From Parvibaculaceae bacterium (lineage in GTDB: Bacteria > Pseudomonadota > Alphaproteobacteria > RS24), in contig CBDDGJ010000001.1 in assembly GCA_965227805.1 (NCBI GenBank), positions 34,249 to 98,248 of the forward strand: a DNA stretch of 64,000 nucleotides. Reading direction: 5' to 3'. This document shows positions 12,320 to 22,222 of the stretch, one piece after another. A program made the translations under genes and the position numbers. Under the pieces are notes generated by a model that was not told where the DNA came from, made no database searches, and saw only the letters and a program-made list of their open reading frames with translations. Positions within the stretch are counted from its first letter, which is position 1, and each line of letters opens with the position of its first letter.

Positions 12320-12603
12320 TGGTTGAGATTAGCTTTGCATTTGGTGTTGCTATTTATTTTATCACTTGGTTTTTGACACTCTTTATGATTTTGCCTTTTG
12401 GTGTGCGGACGCAGGCCGAAGCAGGCGAGGTCGAAAGCGGCACAGCACCAAGCGCGCCGGTTAATCACTATATATGGCGTAAATTCTTTTTCACGACTAT
12501 TTTAGCAGGATTATTTTATGCTGGCATTTATTGGTTTTTGACGGGAGATGCCTATTTAGCCGTGGCTGATTGGTTTTTTGATCCGATAAAGCCTGCAACA
12601 TAA
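12319..12603 (+). CDS. Small membrane protein, DUF1467-like
   Basis: 94 aa with 2 predicted TM segments. Its start overlaps the mce stop (TGATG). This position matches the small conserved gene seen in Rhizobiales-type synteny. Confidence 0.6.
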   Translation: MVEISFAFGVAIYFITWFLTLFMILPFGVRTQAEAGEVESGTAPSAPVNHYIWRKFFFTTILAGLFYAGIYWFLTGDAYLAVADWFFDPIKPAT

Positions 12604-12605
12604 AA

Positions 12606-12631
12606 AGCGGAGTCCGATGAAAGACTCCGCT
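12606..12631. terminator. 9-bp GC-rich hairpin, possibly a bidirectional terminator
   Basis: The stem is agcggagtc / gactccgct with an 8-nt loop. It is preceded by AAAAA, which reads as a TTTTT tail on the minus strand, and followed by CTTGTG. It lies 2 nt after the DUF1467 stop. Confidence 0.45.
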
Positions 12632-12827
12632 CTTGTGACCCCAAATAGATGGGGAAGGTTCCTCCCAGACCCAAAAGCGTGATATGCTTTTTCACATAAG
12701 TATGATGATACGCAAACAATACGCTCATGCAAGTAAAATATGCCATTTTCATGACAAAATTAGTCTATAGGCATATATCTATACGTGCTATATTCTTAAA
12801 AATCAGACGAATGAATAAAGGTGTTTT

Positions 12828-14159
12828 ATGCGTTTATCGCAGTATTTTTTACCGACATTAAAAGAAAATCCGGCTGAAGCGCAAATTATATCGCACCGGC
12901 TGATGCTGCGGGCAGGGCTTGTGCGCCAAAGCGCAGCGGGAATTTATGTGTGGCTTCCTTTGGGATTGCGCGTGCTTAGGAATATAGAACAAATTATTCG
13001 GGAAGAACAAAACAGAGCCGGCGCAATAGAAGTGTTGATGCCGACATTGCAATCGGCTGATTTATGGCGTGAATCTGGTAGGTTGGATGGCTATGGTAAG
13101 GAAATGTTACGGATAAAAGATCGTCATGCGCGTGATCTGCTTTATGGGCCAACGAATGAAGAGCAAATCACGCAAATCTTTCGCGATAATATTCGTAGCT
13201 ATCGCGATTTACCGCGTAACCTTTACCATATTCAATGGAAGTTTCGTGATGAAATTCGCCCACGTTTTGGCGTGATGCGTGGGCGTGAATTTTTGATGAA
13301 AGACGGCTATAGTTTTGATTTGGATGAAGCAGGCGCGCGGCAATCTTACCAAAAAATGTTTGTTGCTTATTTGCGTAGCTTTGCCCGCATGGGGTTGCGC
13401 GCTTTACCTATGGCTGCCGATACGGGGCCGATTGGCGGTGATTTAAGCCATGAATTTATTATTCTGGCAGAAACGGGGGAGTCGGAGGTGTTTTGCCATG
13501 CCGATTTATTGCGTTTATCCATTCCGGAAACAGATGATCTGCAAAATTTGGAGATGATTATTGAGCGTTTTACCTCACTTTACGCGGCGACGGATGATAT
13601 GTATGATGCGCATAAGTTTCACGCGCATGTGCCGCAAGATAAACGTATTCAAACGCGCGGTATTGAGGTTGGACATATTTTTTATTTCGGAACAAAATAT
13701 ACTGCACCTATGGGGTGCACAGTTATGGATGCGAAAGGTGAGACTGTCGCATTGCATAGCGGGTCTTATGGCATTGGGGTATCCCGCCTGGTTGGCGGTA
13801 TTATTGAAGCCTTTCATGATGAACAGGGGATTCAATGGCCCTGGTCGGTGGCACCGTTTAAGGTTGGGTTAATCAACCTTAAAGTCGGGGATGCACAAAC
13901 CGATGCGCGATGTGAAGACTTATATGCGGCACTTCGGGCACAAAACTGTGATGTGCTTTACGATGATCGCGATGAGCGGGCGGGTGCAAAATTTTCTGAT
14001 ATGGATTTAATCGGTTTACCATGGCAAGTCGTTATTGGGCCGAAGGGGGTGGCGGCCAATGAGGTCGAAATAAAAAATCGTATGACCAATGAAAAGCAAA
14101 TGATTCCTTATGAAGATGCGCTTAATGTGTTAACCCACCCGCCGGAGCAAGCGATATGA
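12828..14159 (+). CDS. proS: Proline--tRNA ligase (short form without the insertion/editing domain)
   Basis: 443-aa class II aaRS. N-terminus [34 protein letters not shown], plus motifs [12 protein letters not shown] and GSYGIGVSR. Confidence 0.95.
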   Translation: MRLSQYFLPTLKENPAEAQIISHRLMLRAGLVRQSAAGIYVWLPLGLRVLRNIEQIIREEQNRAGAIEVLMPTLQSADLWRESGRLDGYGKEMLRIKDRHARDLLYGPTNEEQITQIFRDNIRSYRDLPRNLYHIQWKFRDEIRPRFGVMRGREFLMKDGYSFDLDEAGARQSYQKMFVAYLRSFARMGLRALPMAADTGPIGGDLSHEFIILAETGESEVFCHADLLRLSIPETDDLQNLEMIIERFTSLYAATDDMYDAHKFHAHVPQDKRIQTRGIEVGHIFYFGTKYTAPMGCTVMDAKGETVALHSGSYGIGVSRLVGGIIEAFHDEQGIQWPWSVAPFKVGLINLKVGDAQTDARCEDLYAALRAQNCDVLYDDRDERAGAKFSDMDLIGLPWQVVIGPKGVAANEVEIKNRMTNEKQMIPYEDALNVLTHPPEQAI

Positions 14160-15415
14160 GTGCGCCCTTTGGTTTATTGGAATGGCATATTGTCGGGCGT
14201 TATTTGCGTGCCCGCCGGCAGGAGGGGTTTATCTCCTTCATCGCTCTCATTTCTTTTATCGGTATTATGTTGGGGGTCGCCACGCTAATCGTGGTAATGG
14301 CGGTGATGAACGGGTTTCGCGCTGATTTACTCGATCGTATTTTGGGGGTGAGCGGGCATGCGCTTGTGCGTAATGCACAGATTGAGCTTGAAAATGCTGA
14401 TGCGCTTATTGAAAAACTAACCGCAATAGAGGGCGTTAAATCTGCGTCACCCATGCTGGATGGACAAGCCATGATTTCTTTGCATAAGGGGCGTGTTGTT
14501 CGTGGGGTGATGATACGCGGTATGCCGATAGACAAATTCGCCTATTTACCAGCTTTGGCAGGGCGTATTGAACAAGGGGCATTAGCCGATTTAGCCGATC
14601 AAAAAAGCATTGCCATAGGTGTCCGCTTAGCAGAAAATTACGGAATTGGTTTGGGCGATAAGGTGACATTGATCACGCCGCAAGGAACCATCACGCCTTT
14701 TGGTATGGTGCCCCTTGTGAAGTCTTATCGAGTAAGAGCTGTTTTTAATATTGGGCTTTCGGATTATGATTCGGGGGTTGTGCTTTTACCGCTTGCGGCA
14801 ACACAACAATTATTCGGACGCGATGAAAAGGCAGGTGTTATTGAAGTTATGTTTGATGACCCTGAAAAGGTAGATAGTATTGCCCCGCTCATTCGCGAAG
14901 CTGTAGGAAATGAGTTTCGGGTTACGGATTGGAAACGGTCTAATGCCACGCTTTCCGGTGCGCTTGAGGTAGAGCGCAATGTAATGTTTCTTATTTTAAC
15001 ACTTATTTTATTGGTCGCTTCTTTGAATATTGTCTCAGGTCTGGTCATGCTGGTGCGTGATAAGGGGCGTGATATCGCCGTTATGCGTTCTATGGGCGCG
15101 CATCGGGGAATGATATTGCGTATTTTCTTCTTAACGGGTGCAAGTATTGGTGTTGCGGGCACCTTATTTGGTGTTCTTTTGGGCGTGATATTTTGCACCT
15201 ATATTGAAGAAATTCGGCAATTTTTAATATGGATTACCGGTGCGGAAATTTTTTCTGCCGAGATTTATTTTCTCGATAAAATGCCGGCGCGTATGGAATT
15301 GCCTGAAGTTATGAGCGTGGTGATTATGGCACTGGTGCTGTCTTTTATATCAACACTTTATCCGGCTTGGCGTGCGGCGCGCATGCAACCGGTTGAGGCA
15401 TTGCGTTATGAGTGA
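14156..15415 (+). CDS. Lipoprotein-releasing ABC transporter permease (LolC/E family)
   Basis: 419 aa with an FtsX/MacB-type topology. It overlaps proS at its start and lolD at its end. Confidence 0.85.
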   Translation: MSAPFGLLEWHIVGRYLRARRQEGFISFIALISFIGIMLGVATLIVVMAVMNGFRADLLDRILGVSGHALVRNAQIELENADALIEKLTAIEGVKSASPMLDGQAMISLHKGRVVRGVMIRGMPIDKFAYLPALAGRIEQGALADLADQKSIAIGVRLAENYGIGLGDKVTLITPQGTITPFGMVPLVKSYRVRAVFNIGLSDYDSGVVLLPLAATQQLFGRDEKAGVIEVMFDDPEKVDSIAPLIREAVGNEFRVTDWKRSNATLSGALEVERNVMFLILTLILLVASLNIVSGLVMLVRDKGRDIAVMRSMGAHRGMILRIFFLTGASIGVAGTLFGVLLGVIFCTYIEEIRQFLIWITGAEIFSAEIYFLDKMPARMELPEVMSVVIMALVLSFISTLYPAWRAARMQPVEALRYE

Positions 15416-16085
15416 ACCTGCTCTTATATTACACAGTATTGTTCAATCCTTCACGCAAGGCGATAATACGCTTCAAGTCTTACGGGGAACGAATTTAACC
15501 ATTCATGCCGGTGAAATTGTTGCTTTGCTCGGGCCTTCGGGATCGGGAAAATCTTGCCTGTTACATTTGGCGGGGCTATTGGAAATGCCGGATGCAGGTG
15601 AGATTATCATCAATGGGGAAATCGTAACCAGAGATGATAAAGCGCGCACATTATTACGGCAAAAATATATTGGTTTCATTTACCAGTTTCACAATCTGCT
15701 CCCCGAATTTTCTGCTTTGGAAAATGTAATGTTGCCGGCGCGCATAGCGGGTATGACAAAGCGTGTGGCAAAGCAAAGAGCCCATGATTTACTCGGTGAG
15801 CTTGGTTTGCAGGGACGTGTGACACATTTGCCGGGGCAGCTCTCAGGGGGTGAGCAACAACGTGTTGCTATTGCGCGGGCTTTGATAAATGAACCGAAAC
15901 TTGTGCTTGCGGATGAACCGACTGGTAGCCTTGATCAAACAACCGGGGCATATGTGTTCGATCTATTGCTGGATATGGCACGGGCGCATAATGCGGGCGT
16001 GCTTATGGCAACGCATGATGAAACGCTTGCCCAGGCAGGTGATCGGATTACCCGCCTTAAACAAGGCGTGCTACAGATGCAATAG
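15408..16085 (+). CDS. lolD: Lipoprotein-releasing ABC transporter ATP-binding protein
   Basis: Walker A GPSGSGKS, signature [15 protein letters not shown] and Walker B LVLADEP. The ATG at 15408 overlaps the permease stop (ATGAGTGA). Confidence 0.9.
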   Translation: MSEPALILHSIVQSFTQGDNTLQVLRGTNLTIHAGEIVALLGPSGSGKSCLLHLAGLLEMPDAGEIIINGEIVTRDDKARTLLRQKYIGFIYQFHNLLPEFSALENVMLPARIAGMTKRVAKQRAHDLLGELGLQGRVTHLPGQLSGGEQQRVAIARALINEPKLVLADEPTGSLDQTTGAYVFDLLLDMARAHNAGVLMATHDETLAQAGDRITRLKQGVLQMQ

Positions 16086-16089
16086 GGGC

Positions 16090-16590
16090 TTATTTATCAC
16101 GAAATGAATCAAGGCTGACAATTTCTGCACTTTGCGGTTTTGTATTTATTGCTTCATTTTCTGTATCCGCTATATTTTCCGTATTGGCTTGGCTATGTGC
16201 TTCATCACGCGGCGGGGTTTCTTCTTGCGTATCTATATTTGTGTGATGGAACTCAAGCCCAAATTCGACGCTTGGATCATAAAAGCGTGTAATGGCATCA
16301 TAAGCGATATGTAAATCTTCGGGTTTGGACTCAAAATGCAGGCGCACTGAAAAATGTGTTTTATGCGCGGTAAGGTTTTCAAATTGGTGTTGTAAAATAA
16401 TTGTCATATATTCAGGGTAACGTTGTTTAAGTGCAGGGCTTATAGTTACATTTTCTGCACGCGTATCAAATGTGATATAGAAATGATGCGCACCTGGCAT
16501 GCCGGTTTCTGCAACTTGTGTAATCACGTCACGCAAAACCGCGCGCAATGCGTTTTGTGCGAGGTCTTGATAATTTATTTTTTGTGTCAT
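16090..16590 (-). CDS. sspB: ClpXP adaptor SspB (alphaproteobacterial type)
   Basis: Matches the alpha-SspB pattern: PGAHHFYITF...YPEYMTIILQHQFENL...FYDPSVEFGLEF, followed by an acidic tail. It lies directly downstream of ssrA on the same strand. Confidence 0.8.
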   Translation of the reverse strand: MTQKINYQDLAQNALRAVLRDVITQVAETGMPGAHHFYITFDTRAENVTISPALKQRYPEYMTIILQHQFENLTAHKTHFSVRLHFESKPEDLHIAYDAITRFYDPSVEFGLEFHHTNIDTQEETPPRDEAHSQANTENIADTENEAINTKPQSAEIVSLDSFRDK

Positions 16591-16611
16591 AGCGTTATTC
16601 CAGTTTAGTGG

Positions 16612-16925
16612 AAGGCTCCTGTTGCCGGGTGCCTTCCGAACCCCGCCTAACCCTTGCGACGGATTAGGGCTTTAGGTGAAATTCTGGCACCGCTTACGCA
16701 GCGACAGCAACTTCCGCATAGTTGTCATTTGCAACTAAAAAATGGCCCGATAACGATGGTGCCATGCCGAGCGCCGGTTACTTCCTTTACGCCCTCGTCG
16801 ATCCTGTTTCGCCCCCAAAATGGACTATATGGTGGAGGCGCCGGGTACTGCCCCCGGGTCCGATGGGTTTATTACGAAGCCCGTTTATCGCTATAGTCGA
16901 GCAAAGCCGACACCCCTATATACGC
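16612..16925 (-). ncRNA. ssrA: tmRNA, circularly permuted two-piece form
   Basis: On the minus strand the tag reading frame GCA AAT GAC AAC TAT GCG GAA GTT GCT GTC GCT GCG TAA (16732..16694) encodes ANDNYAEVAVAA. The coding piece starts GGGGGCGAAACAGGATCGACGAGGGCG at 16816. Upstream of it, the acceptor piece ends GCCTCCACCA at 16830, which gives a G3:U pair with the 5' strand. The outer ends are approximate. Confidence 0.8.
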
Positions 16926-17002
16926 CTTTTATGTCTGGAAAAATAGGGGGTCATGGTTATTTTTATTGCGGAATCTGTGTAAGATTCTTAATAATAGAGC
17001 TT

Positions 17003-17818
17003 ATGCAGACTTATCTTACATTTTTACGCCATGTGCTCGAGGAAGGTGTCATACGTGACGACCGCACCGGCACCGGCACGAAATCAATATTTGGTTATCA
17101 AATGCGTTTTGACTTGCAGGCTGGCTTTCCGCTGCTTACGACGAAAAAGCTGCATATGAAATCCATTATTTATGAGCTTTTATGGTTTTTGTCGGGTGAC
17201 ACAAATATCGCTTACTTAAAGCAAAATGGTGTATCGATTTGGGATGAATGGGCAGATGAAAATGGAGATTTAGGGCCAGTTTACGGGAAGCAATGGCGCA
17301 GCTGGCCGGATAAAAATGGTGAGACGATTGACCAAATTACGCGCCTTGTCGCACAACTTAAAAATAATCCAAATTCACGTCGCCATATTGTTACGGCATG
17401 GAATCCACAAGATATTGACTCTATGGCCTTGCCGCCATGCCATTGCTTGTTTCAGTTTTTTGTTGCTCCCGATGATGCAGCACCAGCCGGGGGACGGCTA
17501 TCTTGCCAACTTTATCAACGCTCTGCCGATATATTTTTAGGTGTTCCATTTAACATTGCGTCCTATGCCTTGCTAACGCATATGGTGGCACAAATATGCG
17601 GTTTTTCGGTCGGTGAGTTTATCCATAGTTTTGGCGATGCACATTTATACCTTAATCATACCGAGCAAGCAAAAGAACAACTAAAGCGTATACCACGTGC
17701 ACCGCCACGCCTTATTATGAATCGCGATGTTACGGATTTATTTTCCTTTCGCTATGAGGATTTTCATTTTGAAAATTATGATCCGCATCCGCATATTGCC
17801 GCCCCTGTTGCGGTATAA
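17003..17818 (+). CDS. thyA: Thymidylate synthase
   Basis: [16 protein letters not shown]..., the active-site region [12 protein letters not shown], and DAHLYLNH. The track ORF start at 16820 runs through the tmRNA gene and is rejected. Confidence 0.95.
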   Translation: MQTYLTFLRHVLEEGVIRDDRTGTGTKSIFGYQMRFDLQAGFPLLTTKKLHMKSIIYELLWFLSGDTNIAYLKQNGVSIWDEWADENGDLGPVYGKQWRSWPDKNGETIDQITRLVAQLKNNPNSRRHIVTAWNPQDIDSMALPPCHCLFQFFVAPDDAAPAGGRLSCQLYQRSADIFLGVPFNIASYALLTHMVAQICGFSVGEFIHSFGDAHLYLNHTEQAKEQLKRIPRAPPRLIMNRDVTDLFSFRYEDFHFENYDPHPHIAAPVAV

Positions 17819-17842
17819 TGGAGTGGATTTATGGAGATTCAT

Positions 17843-18325
17843 ATGATTGTTGCCGTGGCGGAAAATGGGGTGATTGCTCATAATGGTGAAATGCCGTGGC
17901 GTATGCCAAGTGATTTGCGTTATTTCAAGCAAATTACATTAGGCAAGCCGGTGATTATGGGGCGTAAAACATGGGAAACGCTTCCCACGGCTTTGCCGGG
18001 GCGGTTAAATATCGTCATTAGTGGATCACGTAAACCAAAGCAAGAGGATAATATCCATATTGTTCCCACAGGAGAGGCCGCGCTTGTTTGCGCGCAAGCA
18101 TCGGGTGCCGAGGTGGCCATGATTATAGGGGGCGGGGAGATTTATACGTTTTATGAAGCGCAGGCGCAGCGTATTTATCTTACGCGTATTCATGCCGAGC
18201 CGGAAGGTGATGTGTCTTTTCATTTGAGCGCGCCGCATTTATGGACAGAAACACAGCGGCACTTTCATAAGGCAGAGCAAGGCGATAGCCATGATTGTAG
18301 CTTTATTATTCTGGAACGTAAATAA
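17843..18325 (+). CDS. folA: Dihydrofolate reductase
   Basis: MIVAVAENGVIAHNGEMPWRMPSDLRYFKQITLGKPVIMGRKTWETLP. It is adjacent to thyA. Confidence 0.9.
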   Translation: MIVAVAENGVIAHNGEMPWRMPSDLRYFKQITLGKPVIMGRKTWETLPTALPGRLNIVISGSRKPKQEDNIHIVPTGEAALVCAQASGAEVAMIIGGGEIYTFYEAQAQRIYLTRIHAEPEGDVSFHLSAPHLWTETQRHFHKAEQGDSHDCSFIILERK

Positions 18326-18339
18326 ATGAGGTAGCTCTT

Positions 18340-19251
18340 ATGCAAGAAATAGCATCCGGATTATTATTTCCCGAAGGGCCGATTGCCATGACGGATGGCG
18401 CGGTGATTTTGGTTGAAATTGCGCGTGGCACATTAAGCCGGATTACACGCGATGGAAAAATATCTGTTATTGCTGATTTAGGTGGCGGTCCTAATGGTGC
18501 TGCCATCGGGCCGGATGGGGCGGTATATGTGTGCAATAATGGCGGATTAGGCGGCATTACGCGTAATGGGCGTATTTACCCGGGCGATCGACCGGATGAT
18601 TATTCGGGCGGGCGTATTGAACGTGTTGATCTGGCGACGGGGAAAAGTGAGCGGCTTTATGATATGTGTAATGGTATAGACCTTAAAGCCCCGAATGATA
18701 TTGTATTCGATAAGCAGGGTGGGTTTTGGTTTACTGATTTGGGAAAAGCCTATGGTCGTGTGCGTGATCGTGGTGCGCTTTATTATGCGACGATTGACGG
18801 CAACCATATTCGTGAAGCAGCCTTTCCATTGGATAGCCCTAATGGTGTGGGGTTAAGCCCACAAGAAGACAAGGTCTATGTAGCCGACACAAATAGTGCA
18901 CGGCTTTGGGGGTTTCCGATTGAGGCGCCGGGAAAATTGGTTAAGCCCGCAACAACAAGATCGGCAAATTTTATTGCCGCGCCAGCGGGGTTGAATTTCT
19001 TTGATAGCCTTGCGGTTGAAGCAAATGGCACAGTCGCGGTTGCGACCATTGTAAATGGCGGTATAACGCGCATCAATCCTGTTAACGGAGATATGCAGCA
19101 TATTCCGACCGATGATGGGATCACCACCAATATTTGCTTTGGCGGTGTGGATTTGAAAACGGCTTATATTACTTTGTCATCGACAGGACGCCTCATATCC
19201 ATGCCGTGGGATTACGCCGGTGCGCCGCTTAATTTTCTTAACGAAACATAG
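18340..19251 (+). CDS. SMP-30/gluconolactonase/LRE-like beta-propeller protein
   Basis: 303 aa with motifs typical of the family: LLFPEGPIAM, PNGAAIGPDG, PNDIVFDKQGGFWFTD, PNGVGLSPQED. Confidence 0.75.
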   Translation: MQEIASGLLFPEGPIAMTDGAVILVEIARGTLSRITRDGKISVIADLGGGPNGAAIGPDGAVYVCNNGGLGGITRNGRIYPGDRPDDYSGGRIERVDLATGKSERLYDMCNGIDLKAPNDIVFDKQGGFWFTDLGKAYGRVRDRGALYYATIDGNHIREAAFPLDSPNGVGLSPQEDKVYVADTNSARLWGFPIEAPGKLVKPATTRSANFIAAPAGLNFFDSLAVEANGTVAVATIVNGGITRINPVNGDMQHIPTDDGITTNICFGGVDLKTAYITLSSTGRLISMPWDYAGAPLNFLNET

Positions 19252-20013
19252 CTAGAGAAGAGAGCGAATGGTTTTTCCATGCCGAAAACGGATAAAGGGC
19301 GCGCTTGCGCTAAACCTTTTGGCTGGTGGGAGCGTAATTCGCTTTTTTACCAATGTTATGACTTCACGCGTGATAAGGGGGAGGTCTAACGCATAGGCGT
19401 CATCTGGTGTAAGCCAGTGTAGATCGGAAAGTTCGCCCGAGGCACGTGTTGTGTCTTCCAGATCATTATAAATATGTGCCGCATCACACAGAAAAAAACG
19501 TGTGTCAAATCGCCGTGTTCGATATGTCGGTGTAATGGCGCGTGCAATGAAATCCATTTCTTTAAGTGGTGGCGCAACATTATGGGTAAAATAATCACGC
19601 CATTCTTTATGGGTGCTTTTTAACGGGTGCCTGGTTTCGTGCCCGAGCACAATGCCGGTTTCTTCAAAGGTTTCGCGTATAGCTGCCAAAGCCAACCCAC
19701 GTAGACGGGCTTTGGTGATGGAGCTATGCTTTTGCAAGCGGCGCATAACAGGGGCACGCAAAGTCTGCGTAAGTTTAAGGCGTGAATCAGCAGGGTCAAC
19801 CTTGCCCCCCGGAAACACAAACTTATTGGGCATGAATTTATGTGTGGGTGCGCGTTTGCCCATCAAAATACGTGGGGCCATATCATCGTGGCGAACCAAA
19901 ATAAGGGTCGCGGCGTCTTTGGGGCGCACGGCTTTCGCGCCTGCTTCGGCATATTCGCCGGGCTGTCCGGGCGTGTGCGGGTGTTTTATGCTGGGGGATG
20001 TTTGTGATGTCAT
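19252..20013 (-). CDS. NUDIX hydrolase
   Basis: NUDIX box FPGGKVDPADSR...ALAAIRETFEETGIVL. Confidence 0.75.
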   Translation of the reverse strand: MTSQTSPSIKHPHTPGQPGEYAEAGAKAVRPKDAATLILVRHDDMAPRILMGKRAPTHKFMPNKFVFPGGKVDPADSRLKLTQTLRAPVMRRLQKHSSITKARLRGLALAAIRETFEETGIVLGHETRHPLKSTHKEWRDYFTHNVAPPLKEMDFIARAITPTYRTRRFDTRFFLCDAAHIYNDLEDTTRASGELSDLHWLTPDDAYALDLPLITREVITLVKKRITLPPAKRFSASAPFIRFRHGKTIRSLL

Positions 20014-20025
20014 ATAAATTTTGTA

Positions 20026-22218
20026 TTAGTGTTTTCTTTTATAATGCTTTTTGCGACGTAGTTGTTTAGGAGTTAGTTTATGCGCTGCGGGCGTAAATAT
20101 CAATCCGCCTTTTAAGGGGAAAGCTTCTTTCACGGTGACGCGAATTGGCATGCCAATATGAAATGTTTTGCCGCTTTGTGCGCCTGTTAAGGTAAACTTG
20201 CTTTTGTCAGCAAAAAAATGCTCTGTCCCTAAATGTGAAACAGGTAAGAAGCCTTCTGCACCGGTTTCGTTTAACCGCACAAACAAGCCTGCGCGCGATA
20301 GGCCACTGATTTTTCCGTCAAATACCGCGCCAATATGCGTGTGCATATAGGCGCTTAAATATCTATCCAAAGCAGCACGTTCGGCACGCATGGCGGTGCG
20401 TTCGGTTTGAGAAATATGCGCGGCAATATGAGGTAAATTTTGCAGTGCTGCATCGCTTATGCCGCCTTCGCCCAATCCAAGAACGCGAATAAGGGTGCGG
20501 TGAATAAGTAAATCGGCATAGCGACGAATCGGCGAGGTAAAATGTGTGTAGCGTGTAAGGTTAAGTCCAAAATGTCCGATATTTTCCGTATTATATTCGG
20601 CTTGCATTTGTGTGCGTAAAACCGCTTCCGCAATAATATCGGTTTGATTGATTTTTTCACCTTGTTCCAATATTTTATTGAAAACATGAGGTGTTTTAGG
20701 CTGGTCAAGATTTAACTTAAGCGAAAACCCTTGAAGAAAATGCGCTAAATCTCTTATACGTTCTCGCTCTGGTTGCCCATGTATGCGATATAATAATGTC
20801 ATTGCGTGAGCTTCCAGCGTTTCTGCTGCACATATATTGGCGGCAATCATAAACTCTTCAATCAGCTTATGTGCTTCCAAACTTTCGGGGATATATATAT
20901 GTTTTATTGTGCCTGTTTCATCCATGTCAACCTTGCGTTCAGGACGATTGAGCACCAGTGGCGCGCGTGCATTACGTGCCTTTGCCATGGCACAATAGAC
21001 CTGCCATAGCGGTATAAGGCAGCTTTCCATAAGCGGCATGGTTTGTGCATCGGGCGTGCCGTCAAAAGCGGCTTGTGCTTGTTGGTAAGTTAATTTTGCC
21101 TGCGACTTTATCATTGCCCGATAAAACATATGCTGCCTGCGGACACCTTTTTTATCAATATCGATTTGGCACACCAAAACGGCGCGCATTTCATGTTCAC
21201 GTAAAGAACATATATCTGTTGAAATATGTTCGGGGAGCATTGGCACAACGCAATCCGGTAAATAGACGGAATTGCCACGTTTTTGCGCGTCAGTGTCCAT
21301 AGCACTATTTTCGGGCACAAAGGCAGCAACATCTGCAATTGCGACATAAAGTGTCCATCCATCCTTTTGGGGCGCGGCATAGACTGCATCATCATGGTCG
21401 CGCGCCGTGGCAGGGTCTATGGTCACAAAAGGCAGATGCGATAAATCAGTTCGCGCATCTATATCAGTAAGTGCCGCGGCGTTTGCTTCGGCAAGGCTTG
21501 CTTCACTAAATACGGTATCTATATCCTGCTCGGCAAGGGCAATAAGCGAAAAACAAAAGGGATCATTTTGCGTGCCCACATATTTCACCGGTTGTGCCAC
21601 GCGTTCACCATAGCGTGTTTCTTCTTGTTGTATTGCGCTGATAACATCGCCATCTTTTATATTTATATCGCCTTTTATGAGCTTATAATCGTGCCGGTCG
21701 CGCCGATTAGCGCTGACAAGATAGGCACCACTGGCGCGTATGCGAACCACGCCGATAAGCGTTTGCATTGTTTTGTTTAAGATACGGATAATGCGTGCGC
21801 TATAATGCATATCCGGATTTTGAATGAGCCGCACCAATAAGCGATCGCCTTGTTTTAGGCTGATGTGCTTATGCATGCGCCCGCGCCGTATTGCATCGGA
21901 TACATAAATAAGTGGCGCCGGATTAGGCTGCGTCTCCCGCATGGCGTGTGCTAGAAAATTGCCATCTTCATCTTGCCCGATAATTTGCACCACACATACA
22001 GGCGGCAATGCGCTTGCGGGATGAATTTTTTTGCGCTCAATATTTAGTAACCCCTCGGCTTCCAATTCGCGCAAAATACGCTTTAAGTAAATCCGGTCAC
22101 TGCCTTTAATCTGAAAGGCACGCGCGATTTCACGTTTGCCGATAGTGCCCCCTTTCGTTTTGACAAAATCTAAAATATCCTGTCGCGTAGGCAGATTATC
22201 ACTATGAGTGCGGGGCAC
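20026..22218 (-). CDS. rnr: Ribonuclease R
   Basis: RNB-domain motifs (TIDPATARDHDDAVY, HFGLNLTRYTHFTSPIRRYADLLIHR) and a C-terminal S1 domain with a basic tail. The track ORF start at 22299 overlaps topA by 77 nt. An in-frame GTG at 22218 lies 4 nt downstream of the topA stop and is the more likely start. Confidence 0.9.
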   Translation of the reverse strand: MPRTHSDNLPTRQDILDFVKTKGGTIGKREIARAFQIKGSDRIYLKRILRELEAEGLLNIERKKIHPASALPPVCVVQIIGQDEDGNFLAHAMRETQPNPAPLIYVSDAIRRGRMHKHISLKQGDRLLVRLIQNPDMHYSARIIRILNKTMQTLIGVVRIRASGAYLVSANRRDRHDYKLIKGDINIKDGDVISAIQQEETRYGERVAQPVKYVGTQNDPFCFSLIALAEQDIDTVFSEASLAEANAAALTDIDARTDLSHLPFVTIDPATARDHDDAVYAAPQKDGWTLYVAIADVAAFVPENSAMDTDAQKRGNSVYLPDCVVPMLPEHISTDICSLREHEMRAVLVCQIDIDKKGVRRQHMFYRAMIKSQAKLTYQQAQAAFDGTPDAQTMPLMESCLIPLWQVYCAMAKARNARAPLVLNRPERKVDMDETGTIKHIYIPESLEAHKLIEEFMIAANICAAETLEAHAMTLLYRIHGQPERERIRDLAHFLQGFSLKLNLDQPKTPHVFNKILEQGEKINQTDIIAEAVLRTQMQAEYNTENIGHFGLNLTRYTHFTSPIRRYADLLIHRTLIRVLGLGEGGISDAALQNLPHIAAHISQTERTAMRAERAALDRYLSAYMHTHIGAVFDGKISGLSRAGLFVRLNETGAEGFLPVSHLGTEHFFADKSKFTLTGAQSGKTFHIGMPIRVTVKEAFPLKGGLIFTPAAHKLTPKQLRRKKHYKRKH

Positions 22219-22222
22219 GCGC

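Noticed and set aside
16654-17002. Plus-strand ORFs at 16654-16896 and 16722-16946, and the N-terminal extension of the thyA ORF (16820-17002).
   Set aside because: They lie antisense over the tmRNA gene. ThyA homology begins only at the ATG at 17003 ([15 protein letters not shown]).
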